A DNA stretch of 64,000 nt from positions 1 to 64,000 of the forward strand of contig JAVECO010000130.1 of assembly GCA_051942205.1 (NCBI GenBank). Direction: 5' to 3'. The notes beneath the pieces are model-generated. The model ran no database searches. It saw only the letters and a program-made list of their open reading frames with translations, and had not been told where the DNA came from. The translations under genes and the position numbers were made by a program. This DNA is from Coniocarpon cinnabarinum. Its lineage: Eukaryota. This document shows positions 25,543 through 37,562 of this stretch, one piece after another. Every line of letters begins with the position of its first letter. Position 1 is the first letter of the stretch.

Positions 25543-27276
25543 ATGGCCTCTTCCGCGCCGCCACTGGATCCAGCCTCCACCACCCTCCAGACTGTCATCA
25601 GAGCCCAAGAAGCTGTTACTATCCCGACGAAACTTGTGGTTGATGAATCATGGACGCCGATGTACAACGATGCGCAGACTGTTCCCGCTAGAGAGGAATT
25701 AACGTTCCATATTGAGCGCAAGATGAGTTCAACCGGCAGAGGGATACTCATCGGTATGCTGTCCGCCTTCGGCTCGGCCCTTCTCGTGGCAATCATATTC
25801 GCCCTGGTGTATTTCTTCAGGTACACGACACGCGGCCGAATTTTGTTGGACTGTATGGGAAGACCAGGAGAATTTGACGATGAGCAAGCGTTTGCGCGTG
25901 AGGAGGAGGCCGCCTTGGATGTTATGGATGACATGTCCCGTTCGGAGTACTTGCGCGCGAAAGGTAGGCTCGATCCCTTGTTGGGCATCAGCGACTGTTG
26001 ACATAATCTAGCGTTTGCTCAAGCCAATCCGCCCGAATCCGCCGAAACCGAAATTTCTCTATCACAGTTCCTCGCCATCCAAGAGAAGGGCGTTTCTGCG
26101 TGGGAGTTCGAACCCGAACTGGAGATTGCTAATTGCTTCGTTGAAGGCCGTACAGAGATTGAGTTCTATGATTCAGAGTGCAGTGTGCAGTCGAATTTGC
26201 CAATCCCGAAACAAAATGATGTTTACTATTGGGAGGCCAAGATATACGACAAGCCAGATACGACGAACATTAGTATAGGGGTGACTACTAAGCCATACCC
26301 TCTATTTCGTTTGCCCGGGTTTCACAAGACATCTGCTGCTTACGACTCTCTGGGCAATCGACGTTTCAATCAGCCTTTTCAGCCAACGACTAATTATGCG
26401 CCGCCATACGTACGAGGTGATGTGGTAGGATGCGGTTATCGCCCGCGGACAGGTACTGTCTTCTTCACCCGTAACGGTAAGAAGTTGGACGACGTGACGC
26501 ACACCCTCAAAACCCAGAATCTATTCCCTACAGTTGGCGCCAATGGACCCTGCAGCGTGCATGTCAACTTTGGTCAGATGGGATTTGTGTTCATCGAAGC
26601 AAACGTAAAGAAATGGGGTCTGGCGCCGATGACGGGGAGTCTTGCACCACCGCCGCCGTATGGAAGCGAAGCCGGTAGTATCCTGGTAGAGAGCGGCCAG
26701 CATGGCGTCCCCGAAGGCCAAGGAGCGCAATTTTTCAGTGGACACTTGGGCCATACCGGTCGATCACGTAGTGCCACCGTGAGGTTATCACGACAGGCGC
26801 CTACCAGCCCTGGACCGCAACGCAGCCCCACCGACATCAGCCTAGCGCAGCTTGAGCGAGTACATTCGCATGAAACCACAAGCCAGGAAACTGATGCAGG
26901 TGAAGGTACCAGCGGCGAAGCAACCTCAACTGAGAGTCAACTGATGACAGCTGAGGAAGCTATACGTTCTGAGACGTTGAGCTATTCACAAGTCGGCATT
27001 GAGCCACCGCCGCCCGAATATAGGAGTCCAAGCGGCAGTGAAAGCGGCAGTGATCGCAGTCCCACACCGCGATCGCGACCATCACAGGACGAGTCGAGGC
27101 AGCGTCTCATCCCTCCACCCAGAACAAGCAGCCGCCCAATGCCGCAAGGATTCAGAAACCCTCCCAGTCCACCAATACCAAGCTATGAAGCGGCAACCGG
27201 GCGTCCTTCCGTCGATGGAATTAGGCAGAATCACGTCGAGAGGAGGCGTCCTGACCGTCGTAGGGGAACGAGATGA
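25543..27276 (+). CDS. SSH4: SPRY-domain Rsp5 adaptor Ssh4/Ear1 family
   Basis: N-terminal transmembrane segment, SPRY domain (YYWEAKIYDKP, TKPYPLFRLPG, GDVVGCGY) and PY motifs PPPY, PPEY, PSY. One intron ~25963-26011. Start is 25543 or 25723. Confidence 0.88.
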
Positions 27277-27857
27277 AAGAGGTGCTACAAGGGAGGATGG
27301 CTTCCTGAACTCAAGTTTGATCAGCGTTCTAGCGAATGGAGGCATTGGAGTAACGTCTTTCTTTGCGTTGATGTCATGACAGCTTATGACAAGAGACGAT
27401 GGCTGGCCCGAGGTACGCATGTAAATGCGTACGCGAGTCTATCGTGTTGGTGGGGATGGTGCCTGGCTCAGCCACGTTTAGTGCCCAAGGAGCTAAAGAG
27501 TATTGAATCAAGGTTGGAAGAGACACCACCGATAAGAGTGATACCGTGAGGAATCAGTTATAGAGGAAGTGTCGTCGAAGAGCTTGAAATATGCTCCCAA
27601 GTCTTCGGTGTCCACTATAGGTACCCACAGAATAGCCAAGACCGCCCCGTTCTTGCAGACTCTATGATCATGCTTCAATTATTCAAAATTCATGACAAGA
27701 CGGTTGATTGAAATCGTGTACAAGCACCGTATGGTCATTGCATGCCCTGGGATTTCTCCTCAACATGTGCCTGTGGCGTTTTGATGTGCTATTTGGCCAC
27801 CATGATTGCGCTGCACTGGCCCCGATCCATCCTTCTCTCACCACCACGACGCCATCC

Positions 27858-29750
27858 TTACACTCTCAAAGTGACGACCCATCCATCTCCCTCGATTTCT
27901 CCTTTAGCGTTGACACCTCCCCACATCACTACACGTGTAGGCTTCTCGCCACTTCCCACCGTGCCCACCTTCGGCTCGCCTAAGCTTGAGCACCCGAACC
28001 ATGCTCGAGGCCCCGGGTGCGCCTTGCCGCTAACATTGCCTTGCATGTCATTACCGTCAGCGCCGGGAGCAATGCGATGCGGAATCTGAGAAGACAGCGG
28101 GAGGTCGTCTTTTGTGGACGTGCCGCCAGCTTTGGGAGGCGTAGACTCAAGTGAGAGATCAGTCATGCCACTCGTGGCGGCGGCGGTCTCTTTGTCTTCC
28201 ATCACGACGCCCGCAGTTTGGTTTTCCTTGGTGACGCTGGGTTTTGTTGCTGGTTCTTCTGGCTCCTCGGCGCCAGCAACATGCAGATCTCGAGCTGCGC
28301 TGCTGACAGCCCTGGCTCGCCCTTTGATCCACTCGCCTGCTGCGTTGGCAGCTGAAGTGACCGTGCTCCGGACGTTTTGCTGCTGTTCCTCGAGGGTATC
28401 GAGCCATGTGGGTTTGGTGGGGCCTTCTTCCTTGGCGACGACTTCTACAGCGTGCCATTCCAGCCGATGGCTGTTCGCGCGCGGAACGATATCGCGGGCA
28501 GCGTCTTTGGCAGCGGCCGGCGAGGCATGGGAGGGCAATTGAAGGGCGTGAATGGTAGATGAATAGGTGGGCTCATGCGACTGATTTGAAGAAGAGCTGC
28601 TGGGATGTGATATCTGTGCGCCCATCATGTGCAGCAGATACGTCCGGCCCAACCCGGTGGAAATGGGTAGGAACGCCGCCCCGGAGAATTTCAGCGACGG
28701 CGAGGGTGTCAGTGGATTGGTGGGGATGCTGTAGACGTTCCATGCCGCAGAGGAGAAGTCAGTTGGTGCGTCGGACTCCTGTTCTTGGATGCGGGTGGCA
28801 GCATTGAGGTCAAGGCTGTATAGCGCCATGGAGAGACTATGAGGCTCCGCGGTGAGAGCGTATAGATGCCCATGCACGACGGCCAAGGCAGGCGGGGAGC
28901 TAGATGCGAAGGGGGCTTGGTCTTTGGAGTCTGGTTCCGGGATAGGAAGGGAAGGAAGGCGTGACCAGACTTGATGGACGCGGTCGAAGCGCCAAGTGTC
29001 AGTTAGCGAAGCACCGGCAGCGTCCTTGCCGCCATGGATGATGAGGGAGCTCCCTGGCGCAGAGGCTGCAGAGTGAAGAGACCGAGCGCTTGGTCGTTCG
29101 GTTGAATCAGCAGCTGGATCAAGGTGCTTCCAGTGGAGCGTTTCGGAGTCAAACAGCCACACGCGGCCTTGCTCGTCGAGAGGTGCGTTGTGCTCAGCGT
29201 CAGTGCTTCCTCCGAATAGGGCAATGACTCCTCTGTTTTGGCCATCGGGGAGGCTGACAGCCGTGTGTCCGGAGCGAGCTGAAGGCACAGGGCCATCTTG
29301 ACCTGCTGCAAAGAGAGGCGGCACAGTCTTGTAACTTGTGTGGCCGGCCCCTGGACTCAGTGGCTGGGAGTCTGGCGATAGGTTCAAAATGTGAACCTCT
29401 GGTCCTGCTAGCTTGGAGGAGCCGACGATGCCTCCGTAGATGTACAGATTGTTGTTGATATTTGTTACACTGTGGTGAGACCGCGCAAGAGAGTCGCTGC
29501 TAATATATAAGCCAAGGCTTGTGCTGTTTCGCTTTCCAACGATGCGGAGGAATGTTTTTTGTAGACACAAAGGGCTTTATGTGGGAATTACTTACGGCGA
29601 GTCGCTACTTGGAGCAGAACCTATTCTTTCGAAGCTTGCCCTGAGTGGCTCGGTAGGTTGAGCAATGGCTACGGCTGCCACAGCACCTCCCTCAATTGTG
29701 GTCGAGATGGCCTGCTCTGTGGCGAGGGCTCCCGCAGCGACCTCCGCCAT
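27858..29750 (-). CDS. Kelch-repeat protein
   Basis: Repeated R-S-x-H...GG kelch blades (ARSHHS, ARSGHT, ARSLHS, PRAWF). First exon MAEVAAGALATEQAISTT; intron ~29501-29595. Confidence 0.8.
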
Positions 29751-30392
29751 GGCTAGAAGCGATGGGTTTTTATTCGATTACTGTATTTAAGCGTCTCCAC
29801 GGTAATTGAAAAACACAGACCAATATCACGAAGGTCGTAAAACACCTACGCGTGCTCCGCAAGGGGAACGTTTCTTAGTTGCGCAGCAGACAATATCATT
29901 GGCACCAGGAAGCCCGAACAAAGGCGCCTCTTCTACGCGCTAGCGGCGGCCCGGATCGATTGGATGATGTTGCCGTCTACAGTAATAAGTACAAACGAAG
30001 ATGTTTGGTATGATGTGAGAGTGACCAGGAATTGCCAGCGGGTGTCTTGGATGCCCCAGACAAAGGACGACAACAAGCGGTGCCACAATTGCATAAGATG
30101 GACGTCCTGCGTCTGGAGTGACCGGAAGACCCTGATGATGCCTGAGAACTGAATGCCTGACAAGGCACATGACTCGCGCACTTCCACCTTCTCAGGTCGC
30201 CGTGAATAGTCACTGCTAAACGCTCCTCCACTGCTCCGAAGCATTCCCCAAACGCGCACTCTTTCGTCTCTGTGACTTATGTTCATCTGTTCCGCACTCA
30301 TCAAATACTTGCCCTCGCAAGTCACTGCCGCATGCAATATTGTCATCCCCGCGTCGGCGCAAAAGCGCTGAGGCCCATACACCTCTGACGAA

Positions 30393-32606
30393 ATGTCGAC
30401 TGATTACAACTACGACGAGCAGGGCCAGTTCTTCCCTTATTTCGTTGTAACAGTCGCTGCATTGTTCACCATACCCACGACCTACTCAGTCCTCAAACCT
30501 TCCAAGGAACTCGAAAGCACCGGCGCCCGTATCGAATCCCAATTTGCGCCCGATCATGAGGACCTCATTCTTCGATCGAAGCAGCAACAAAGGCGGCGAG
30601 AGCGTAAGCTCAAACGCATGCTTCTTTCAGCGCTCGGCTGGATCACCATGGCTTACATGGTCTACCTCATGGTGACCGTGCAGAGATCAACACCAAAAAT
30701 ATGGGACCCATACGAGATCTTGGGACTGAGTCGAAGTGCAAGCGAGAGTCAGATCCGGAAACATTACAAGAAACTTAGTATCACGCAACATCCAGACAAA
30801 AAGCAACCCGACGCAAGCAGGAACGAGACCATTGAAAGCATCAACGAGGCTTGGGTCGAGGTGGTCAAGGCATACAAGACTTTGACAGACGAAGAAGTAC
30901 GTAACAATTACATTCAATACGGACATCCCGACGGCAAGCAAAGCTTCAGCATCGGCATTGCGCTTCCCCAGTTCCTCGTGCAAGAAGGCAACGGAAAGTA
31001 TGTCTTGCTACTGTACGCTGCGCTGCTGGGTGTTGTGCTTCCATGGTTTCTTGGCCGGTGGTGGTATGGCACTCGACGATCAACTCGAGACGGCATCTTG
31101 GTGGAGAGCGCAGGAAAACTCTTCCGTGAGTATGACGAGAGCATGGACGAGAGTGGTATCGTCAGCGCCATCAGCACTGGGCATGAGTATGACATCCGAT
31201 TAAAACTTGATGAGAAACAAGGCAGTCTTAGTAGAGTTGAGTCCAAGGTCATTCAAAAAGCGGATGCGCAAACCGCACTGGTGCCACTTCTTTCACCCAG
31301 GGAACAGGAGACCATTCTTACACTGTCTGACGAAAAGCGACGAAAAATCGTTAGTCTAATTTGGGCGCACTTAAACCGAGTCGAGCTTGACGATCCTGTG
31401 CTGAATGAGCAAAAATTCGAGGCAGCGCCTGTCGCTTTCTCGCTCAATGAAGCGTTTCAGTCCATTACACTTGCTTGGGGCACCATCCGACCACTTCTAT
31501 CATCCTATCGTGTCAGCCAATGCCTCATCCAGGCCGTGCCACCAGCGCCCACCAATTCTCCACTCCTTCAGCTGCCCTATTTCACCACTCCGCTCTGCCA
31601 GCACATCGCTGCCCAAACTTCCGATCCGAACATGACTGCGACGCTTCATCCATTTCTCAGCCTTCCAGACGACAAACGTCGGTCTATCATTGCTGGTAAC
31701 ACTCCACCACTTCTGACCCCCTCACAATACGACACCGCTATGCTTGTCGCCTCTCAACTCCCAGCACCCCGGATCGAACATGCCTTCTTTAAAGTCGTGG
31801 GTGAAAAGCATCTCACACCCAGCTCGCTGATTCAGTTTGTCGTCAAAGTCCGCTTCGTTCCGCCTACGATACCATTTGATGCGTTACCGACTCTTGGCGC
31901 AGGCGATCTCGATGATCCAGATCCCAAGGAAGGCGACCTCCAGGCTCTCAAAGGCAAGACCAAACGACGTGTCGTCACTGACGCCAAGACGGGCAAAGAG
32001 AAAGTGGTATTTGAAGAGGAAGACAGAATCCAGCCTCCGTTGGTGCACGCACCTTACTTTGCTCGTGATCATGCTCCTCGCTGGCGCGTCTTTCTTGCCG
32101 ATACTCGACAAGGCAAAGTAGCGGTGCCGCCGTTCTCGTTTGCACATTTCGATAATCACATCTTCAAGAAGAATGACAAGGGCGAGGTCATCCCGGAGCC
32201 AACGCTTGCCGTACAGACACTGCGGATGCAATTCCAGGCGCCACCGCAAGTGGGAGATTACCACTTTACCTGTTGGACAGTGTGCGACAGTTACATAGGA
32301 TGTGATGGCGCAAAGGACGTGGTGATGCGGATTGAGGAACCAAGCAAGGCTGAGGAGGTCGAGGAGGACGAAGTCAGCGAGCCCGAGGAAGGTGAGCCTC
32401 AATCTGCTTCACTCAACCCAATTAAGCACGAAGATACTGACAATGTAGTAGACTCCATAGCAGGCCAAATGGCGGCAATGAAGGGAGGAGCTGTAAAGAA
32501 GAGTCGTGTGCGAGAGGTGATGGAGGATCAGGATGAGGAGAGCAGTAGCGAGGAAGACGATGACGAGAGTGATACAGACACCGAGACGGATACCGATGAG
32601 GAATGA
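30393..32606 (+). CDS. SEC63: ER translocon J-domain protein Sec63
   Basis: YNYDEQGQFFPYF, J-domain HPDK, YGHPDGKQSFSIGIALP and acidic tail. Probable in-frame intron 32392-32451. Confidence 0.95.
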   Translation: MSTDYNYDEQGQFFPYFVVTVAALFTIPTTYSVLKPSKELESTGARIESQFAPDHEDLILRSKQQQRRRERKLKRMLLSALGWITMAYMVYLMVTVQRSTPKIWDPYEILGLSRSASESQIRKHYKKLSITQHPDKKQPDASRNETIESINEAWVEVVKAYKTLTDEEVRNNYIQYGHPDGKQSFSIGIALPQFLVQEGNGKYVLLLYAALLGVVLPWFLGRWWYGTRRSTRDGILVESAGKLFREYDESMDESGIVSAISTGHEYDIRLKLDEKQGSLSRVESKVIQKADAQTALVPLLSPREQETILTLSDEKRRKIVSLIWAHLNRVELDDPVLNEQKFEAAPVAFSLNEAFQSITLAWGTIRPLLSSYRVSQCLIQAVPPAPTNSPLLQLPYFTTPLCQHIAAQTSDPNMTATLHPFLSLPDDKRRSIIAGNTPPLLTPSQYDTAMLVASQLPAPRIEHAFFKVVGEKHLTPSSLIQFVVKVRFVPPTIPFDALPTLGAGDLDDPDPKEGDLQALKGKTKRRVVTDAKTGKEKVVFEEEDRIQPPLVHAPYFARDHAPRWRVFLADTRQGKVAVPPFSFAHFDNHIFKKNDKGEVIPEPTLAVQTLRMQFQAPPQVGDYHFTCWTVCDSYIGCDGAKDVVMRIEEPSKAEEVEEDEVSEPEEGEPQSASLNPIKHEDTDNVVDSIAGQMAAMKGGAVKKSRVREVMEDQDEESSSEEDDDESDTDTETDTDEE

Positions 32607-32860
32607 TTCTTGTTCAAGTCTCTGGTCGTGACTGCTAGCATCCCGGCCAGGGATCACGATCCGTGGGCTATGTTGCGACAATGAACTTGGAGCTGTACGA
32701 TACGAAAATCCTTTTGAATCACTGCTGACATTTTTCGTGAACGTGAGCCTTGCAATTCATTTCCTCCATCAAAATATAAATGATTATCTATACACTTGTT
32801 CAAGTATTACAAAACCATCTCAGTATTACGCAGGATTGTAAAGTCTTCCTATTGTATGAT

Positions 32861-35287
32861 TCATTTCCCTGCAGACATCCACTTGACCACTAGGCCCGTG
32901 AGCGCCCCAGTCACATCACTCACCCGCGCACTCACCCACACGAACACTACGCCTAGCACAAGGCAATCGCACCATCGACCCAAGCCCATGCCTCGTCCAA
33001 ACATGGCGCTCGAGCTCATGCCTCCGGCTCCAAACAAGCCCAGACTTAGGAGACCTTTGGTGTCTGCTGCCAGCCACAGATGATATTGCAGCACGAACGT
33101 CTCCAGCGAGATTCTGCCAAGCCATGCAAAAGCGCCCGAGTAGTGATTGCGAAGCGTGCGGCTGGAATTCCGCAGCTGGATAAAGGCTAATATCGGTAAC
33201 GGGGAAATAAAGGTGTGAAGAGCGTTTGAGGAGGGTTTGGTGACGCGTGTCGAGGTGAGATAGGTATACACGAGCAGGGCTGCTGTGGACGCCACGAAGA
33301 ACGCTGTGTTTTTTAGGTTGGGTGAAGTGCCTGGCCGGGTGAAGGACGTCGTTGCCATGGAGGATTGTGGTGGTGCTGGTGGTGGAGGCGGCTTCGACGA
33401 ACGGATGTACAGCACGCTCACAATCATCCCAACGTAGACAATGAATTGGTCGAGCTGGCAACGGAACATCCATTCTTTAGCGTCCCATCTGGCGGCGAAA
33501 ACAAAGTTGATGCATTTAAAGACAGGGTCCAGTATCCAAGGTTGAGAATGAAGCAGAGTGGTGAGAGAGCAGGCGATGAATGTCTTGGCGAGGAATAGTG
33601 GGAGTTGCTGATTCCATGAGGATTTGAAGCACATGGTGAGATAGATGATGAGGTACCAATAGGTGACTAGCGGCGCAAAATAGTAGAAGAGGTAGTCGGT
33701 ACCCATAAACCATGGTAGTAGCATAGACAGCAGATTGATGCGAACGTTAACAGCAATGAGCCGCTTGAGAGAGAAGTCATTCTTGGTGTAGAAGTAGGCG
33801 GCGTGGCCGTAGCCAGTCATGAAGAGATACGAGGCCACCATCAGGCGGATGAGCTTGTAAACCCAGAGCACCTTCGAGGCGCCAGTGTAATGGTAAGCGA
33901 GGATCAAAGCTTGCATCCAGCCCTTCCATTCATCGGTTTGGTCCCTGGAAAGGAAAGGTTGGTCGGCAGGTGCTTGTTTCTCAGTCAGCGACTTTGAAGG
34001 CACGCCTGACCGCTTAATGGTGCTGAAACCAATGAGAGTGGTGGCGCCGACAAAAATGAAGAAGTCTTGAGTATTGTAAAGCTTTTGGAGTTTATTGAAG
34101 AGGTGCGTGCGATCAGCCAGGAAGCAGTAGCCCAGACAAAGCCACATGACAAGTAAATACCAGAGGATTGGCTGACGTTTCTCTACGCCATCGAGGAAGA
34201 CCTGGCCGCTGTTGCTGGACCATGCTTGGAATTCGACAATGCTTACTACAGCAAGCAGAACCAAACCCGCGCCTAGCAGGGCAAGCTGTGCCCATTCCAT
34301 GTGGTATTGAAAACAGCAGGTTCCATCATAGGGGTACTCGCGATCCAGGGCATTGCATCTGAGGTTGAGGATCACTTCCGCTTGCTTATCGGCGACTTGT
34401 GGCATGACATGCAGACCTTTAGGCTCGTATGCTGCTGGTCCTGATTCCTCAACCATGGCAAGAGAACTTGACAAGTAGCTGATGTCGTGTGACAATGCCA
34501 CCTCATTGAGGTAGGCATTCATCGAATTGACCTTTTCTGGGGTCATTGTTGGTTTATGGCCTTTGTCAAGCCTGTCGTAATAAGGCGGCTGCACCGGCAA
34601 CATCACTGTTTTTCGAGATAGTCCTGGGACCAAGTCCGGAGCTGGCAAATGTGCAGTCAATGCATCGACAGTGTCCTTGAAATTGTCCAGAGGCCGGCTT
34701 CTATCCTTGGCGAACCAGAGTCCACCTCCGACTACGATAAGATCGCCTGACGACCCGTCTTGATTTTCGGTCGTCTTTAAATAGGACCGGCTCATGTGCT
34801 GACTTAGGTCCGACGAGTTGAGGAATGGATCCCAAATAAACCGAAGCGTAACTTTTGCATCTGAAAAATCGAGATCGGCGTGCTTTTCTGCCTTTGTACC
34901 AGCCTCGGCTGCAGACTTTGTGTTCAGAGCTCTTGCAACTGCCCAGAATACCTCGCGCACTGTGGAATCGCCAACGAATACAGCCCTCTGCTCGGGCGCA
35001 TTTCCTAGGCACCTTGCAACTTTTTGACCTGAATATGTCTGTGTCATGCACCCGTTCGGCTGCCATTTCTGAAAGCTTCGCGTTGCTTGGCTTTGGATAG
35101 GAGGATCAAGCCAGGTTCCCGTAGACAAGGCGGCGTTGCATTTGTACGGGTCTGGCGCATCTGAACTAGTAAGTATCGACTGTCTTATGTTTTCTGATAC
35201 AAAAGTCATACCCCAGATGGAATGACGGAAAAATGCTGCACACAGGACACAGACGGTGAGCGCATACAGTAGCCAAGGCGCGCGCAT
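32861..35287 (-). CDS. CAS1: Cas1p/CASD1-like O-acetyltransferase
   Basis: FVGDS esterase-like N-domain, FLSRDQTDEWKGWMQ, YLFMTGYGH and SLETFVLQYHLWL motifs. Confidence 0.88.
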   Translation of the reverse strand: MRAPWLLYALTVCVLCAAFFRHSIWGMTFVSENIRQSILTSSDAPDPYKCNAALSTGTWLDPPIQSQATRSFQKWQPNGCMTQTYSGQKVARCLGNAPEQRAVFVGDSTVREVFWAVARALNTKSAAEAGTKAEKHADLDFSDAKVTLRFIWDPFLNSSDLSQHMSRSYLKTTENQDGSSGDLIVVGGGLWFAKDRSRPLDNFKDTVDALTAHLPAPDLVPGLSRKTVMLPVQPPYYDRLDKGHKPTMTPEKVNSMNAYLNEVALSHDISYLSSSLAMVEESGPAAYEPKGLHVMPQVADKQAEVILNLRCNALDREYPYDGTCCFQYHMEWAQLALLGAGLVLLAVVSIVEFQAWSSNSGQVFLDGVEKRQPILWYLLVMWLCLGYCFLADRTHLFNKLQKLYNTQDFFIFVGATTLIGFSTIKRSGVPSKSLTEKQAPADQPFLSRDQTDEWKGWMQALILAYHYTGASKVLWVYKLIRLMVASYLFMTGYGHAAYFYTKNDFSLKRLIAVNVRINLLSMLLPWFMGTDYLFYYFAPLVTYWYLIIYLTMCFKSSWNQQLPLFLAKTFIACSLTTLLHSQPWILDPVFKCINFVFAARWDAKEWMFRCQLDQFIVYVGMIVSVLYIRSSKPPPPPAPPQSSMATTSFTRPGTSPNLKNTAFFVASTAALLVYTYLTSTRVTKPSSNALHTFISPLPILAFIQLRNSSRTLRNHYSGAFAWLGRISLETFVLQYHLWLAADTKGLLSLGLFGAGGMSSSAMFGRGMGLGRWCDCLVLGVVFVWVSARVSDVTGALTGLVVKWMSAGK

Positions 35288-36109
35288 CTTGCGCAGAAAT
35301 GGCTTCGGCTTAAAGGCGGTGATCCGGGTGTAGAGGCGGGGGAAAGGTCGAAAAGGACTGAACTACCGGGTGCTGCAGCTGTCAAGTGCACTCCGCAAGC
35401 ACTCGTACAGGTCAACACCCTCAGAATGTCACGGATAGCATCTCATTGTCGCCTCAGCATGAAGGTTTGAGGATGCCTCGCCTGCTGAGCAGGGGAAGTA
35501 TTGGATTAAAAAGTAGCAGAACTCCGAGGTATCCATTGGCCCTGCTCCCTATCTTGGCCCCAACGCTAAACCTTGATTAATGTTCCGGCGCTAGATCTCT
35601 TTGGAGCACTACGCACTGACCAACAACCGCCCGCGACATACTTGGTTTACCGCTCCTTATTCGCACCGCGCACCTGCACTGCATCAATTTGATCAAACCG
35701 CGCACCTGCATTCGAATTGCCACTAGTAAAGGGAACTGGCGCGGCCGATCATTCGTATAAGATGGGCGTCTTGTTCAAGGCACACAAACGGTCGGAGACA
35801 GCTAATGTTGGCGTGCTCTGATATCTTCAATCCTTGAAGTATTTATCACTGAGCTTCATTTGTATGAAGGTAATAATATTGTTCAGACAAGTTGCTACGG
35901 AGACTACGAAAGAGAATCGCAGGGTCTTTAGGTGTCTTCTTTTCATTTTCCTCTTTTGATTCTAACGTTCGTCTCGGGCCTGGCTCATCCGATGAGCTTG
36001 CTCTTGAGCTCTCCCCGCAGTCCCATCGACAGATATGTTCGCGACTAATATTGTCAGAAGCATGTGTCATCAATGAGATCTACAAGCTATTTCATGACAC
36101 TGAGCAACC

Positions 36110-37120
36110 ATGTCAACGGATAATCAAAGCCAGCGCCTTCGTGGCAAGGTTGCTATTGTCACTGGTGCAGCTTCTGGTTTCGGGCGATCGATCGCAACAA
36201 GATTTGCTCAGGAAGGCTGCCGTGTTCTTGCGGGAGATGTTAATGATAGCGGTGCTGCGGAGACTGTGGAGAATTTTGGAGGTGAAGCGTTGGGAATAGC
36301 CTTGAAGATGGACGTCACCTCAGACGCCGATTGGAAGACAGCAACACAGAAGGCCGAGTCCCAGTTTGGCAGGCTGGATATTGTTGTCAATAACGCCGGC
36401 TGGTCATACAAAAATAAGGTCAGGGTCTTCCTTGTCATGTCATTTCAGGGCTATAGGAAAAGGTATTCCCCACTAATACCTCACAATAGCCAACACTGGA
36501 AGTCACTGAAGCAGATTTCGATCGAGTCTTTAACCTAAACGTTAAAAGTATCTTCTGGTCGGTGCAAGCGGCAGTGCCCGCACTGAGAAAAGTCGGCGGC
36601 GGTAGTATCATCAATATTTCAAGTATTGGCAGTGTCCGGCCGAGACCGGGCTTGGTTTGGTACAATAGTAGTAAAGGTGCTGTCGCAAATGTATGACCCC
36701 AATGAAAACTTGTGGATGACGTGTCAGTACTTACATTGCTTCGCAGGCAACAAAAGGTTTGGCTGCGGAATACGGCCCAGATCAGATCCGAGTGAATGGC
36801 CTCCTGCCTTTGCTTTCTGGTACTGGACTTTTTGAGGCTTTTGTCGGCGTTCCGTACACACCAGAGAATGTTGAGAAGTACGTCTCGCAGGTGCCGATGG
36901 GTCGACTGACCGATCCGGTGGATGTTGCAAATTCTGCCGGTGAATGATACAGACGAAAAATCGCATCCAAGCGCCGCTAACCTTAGCATTTTTAGTCTTT
37001 CTAGCTTCCGATGAAGCCAAGTTCATAACGGGTGGTAAGTTCATTGACAAAGCGTGAGCAAGGTAGCACTGACTCCGTGTCTTAGAGCTGCTGCAAATTG
37101 ACGGAGGCAAATCAATTTAA
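36110..37120 (+). CDS. Short-chain dehydrogenase/reductase (FabG-like)
   Basis: TGAASGFG, NNAG and YNSSKGA motifs. Four introns; ends QIDGGKSI. Confidence 0.9.
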
Positions 37121-37562
37121 GTGCATAAGTAACGACGAAGCAATCTCTACGACAGCTGGTTCGGTTCTGACTGATGCCATGCCATACCTGCCGAGAGATG
37201 CTTTCATGGTGGAGATTTTGTACGAGACATAAAGTACCTCAAACGGGAATCCCCATGGTGGATTCGCACAAGCTCTATCGAGGACGATAGCTTTGATTGC
37301 GCTTTCTATGTGCTGTTTACATGAGGGTCCAGGCGAGAACATCAATGGCTGGCAAGGGAAGTTAAACGTGCCATAATTTTAAAGTGCGGCACCTATCGAT
37401 ATGCGTGCAGTGCCTTTGCAAGTAGAACGGAAGGCATAGGCATCCGAGTAATATTCCCACAAAGTCTTGACAGACAACAAACCTTCGGAATACCGGCGTC
37501 TAGGTAGACAACCTGTCTGAGCACTTGTTCCTTTGCAGGTCTGGACAATTGGAGCAAGAAGC

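Noticed and set aside
32392..32451. Stop-free in-frame introns in SEC63 (and GST 46499-46576) as coding insertions
   Set aside because: They have consensus donor, branch and acceptor signals; ordinary introns whose length is a multiple of three.
32861..35287. CAS1 as a CRISPR-associated gene
   Set aside because: Name coincidence: this is the fungal Cas1p O-acetyltransferase, and no repeat-spacer array is present.
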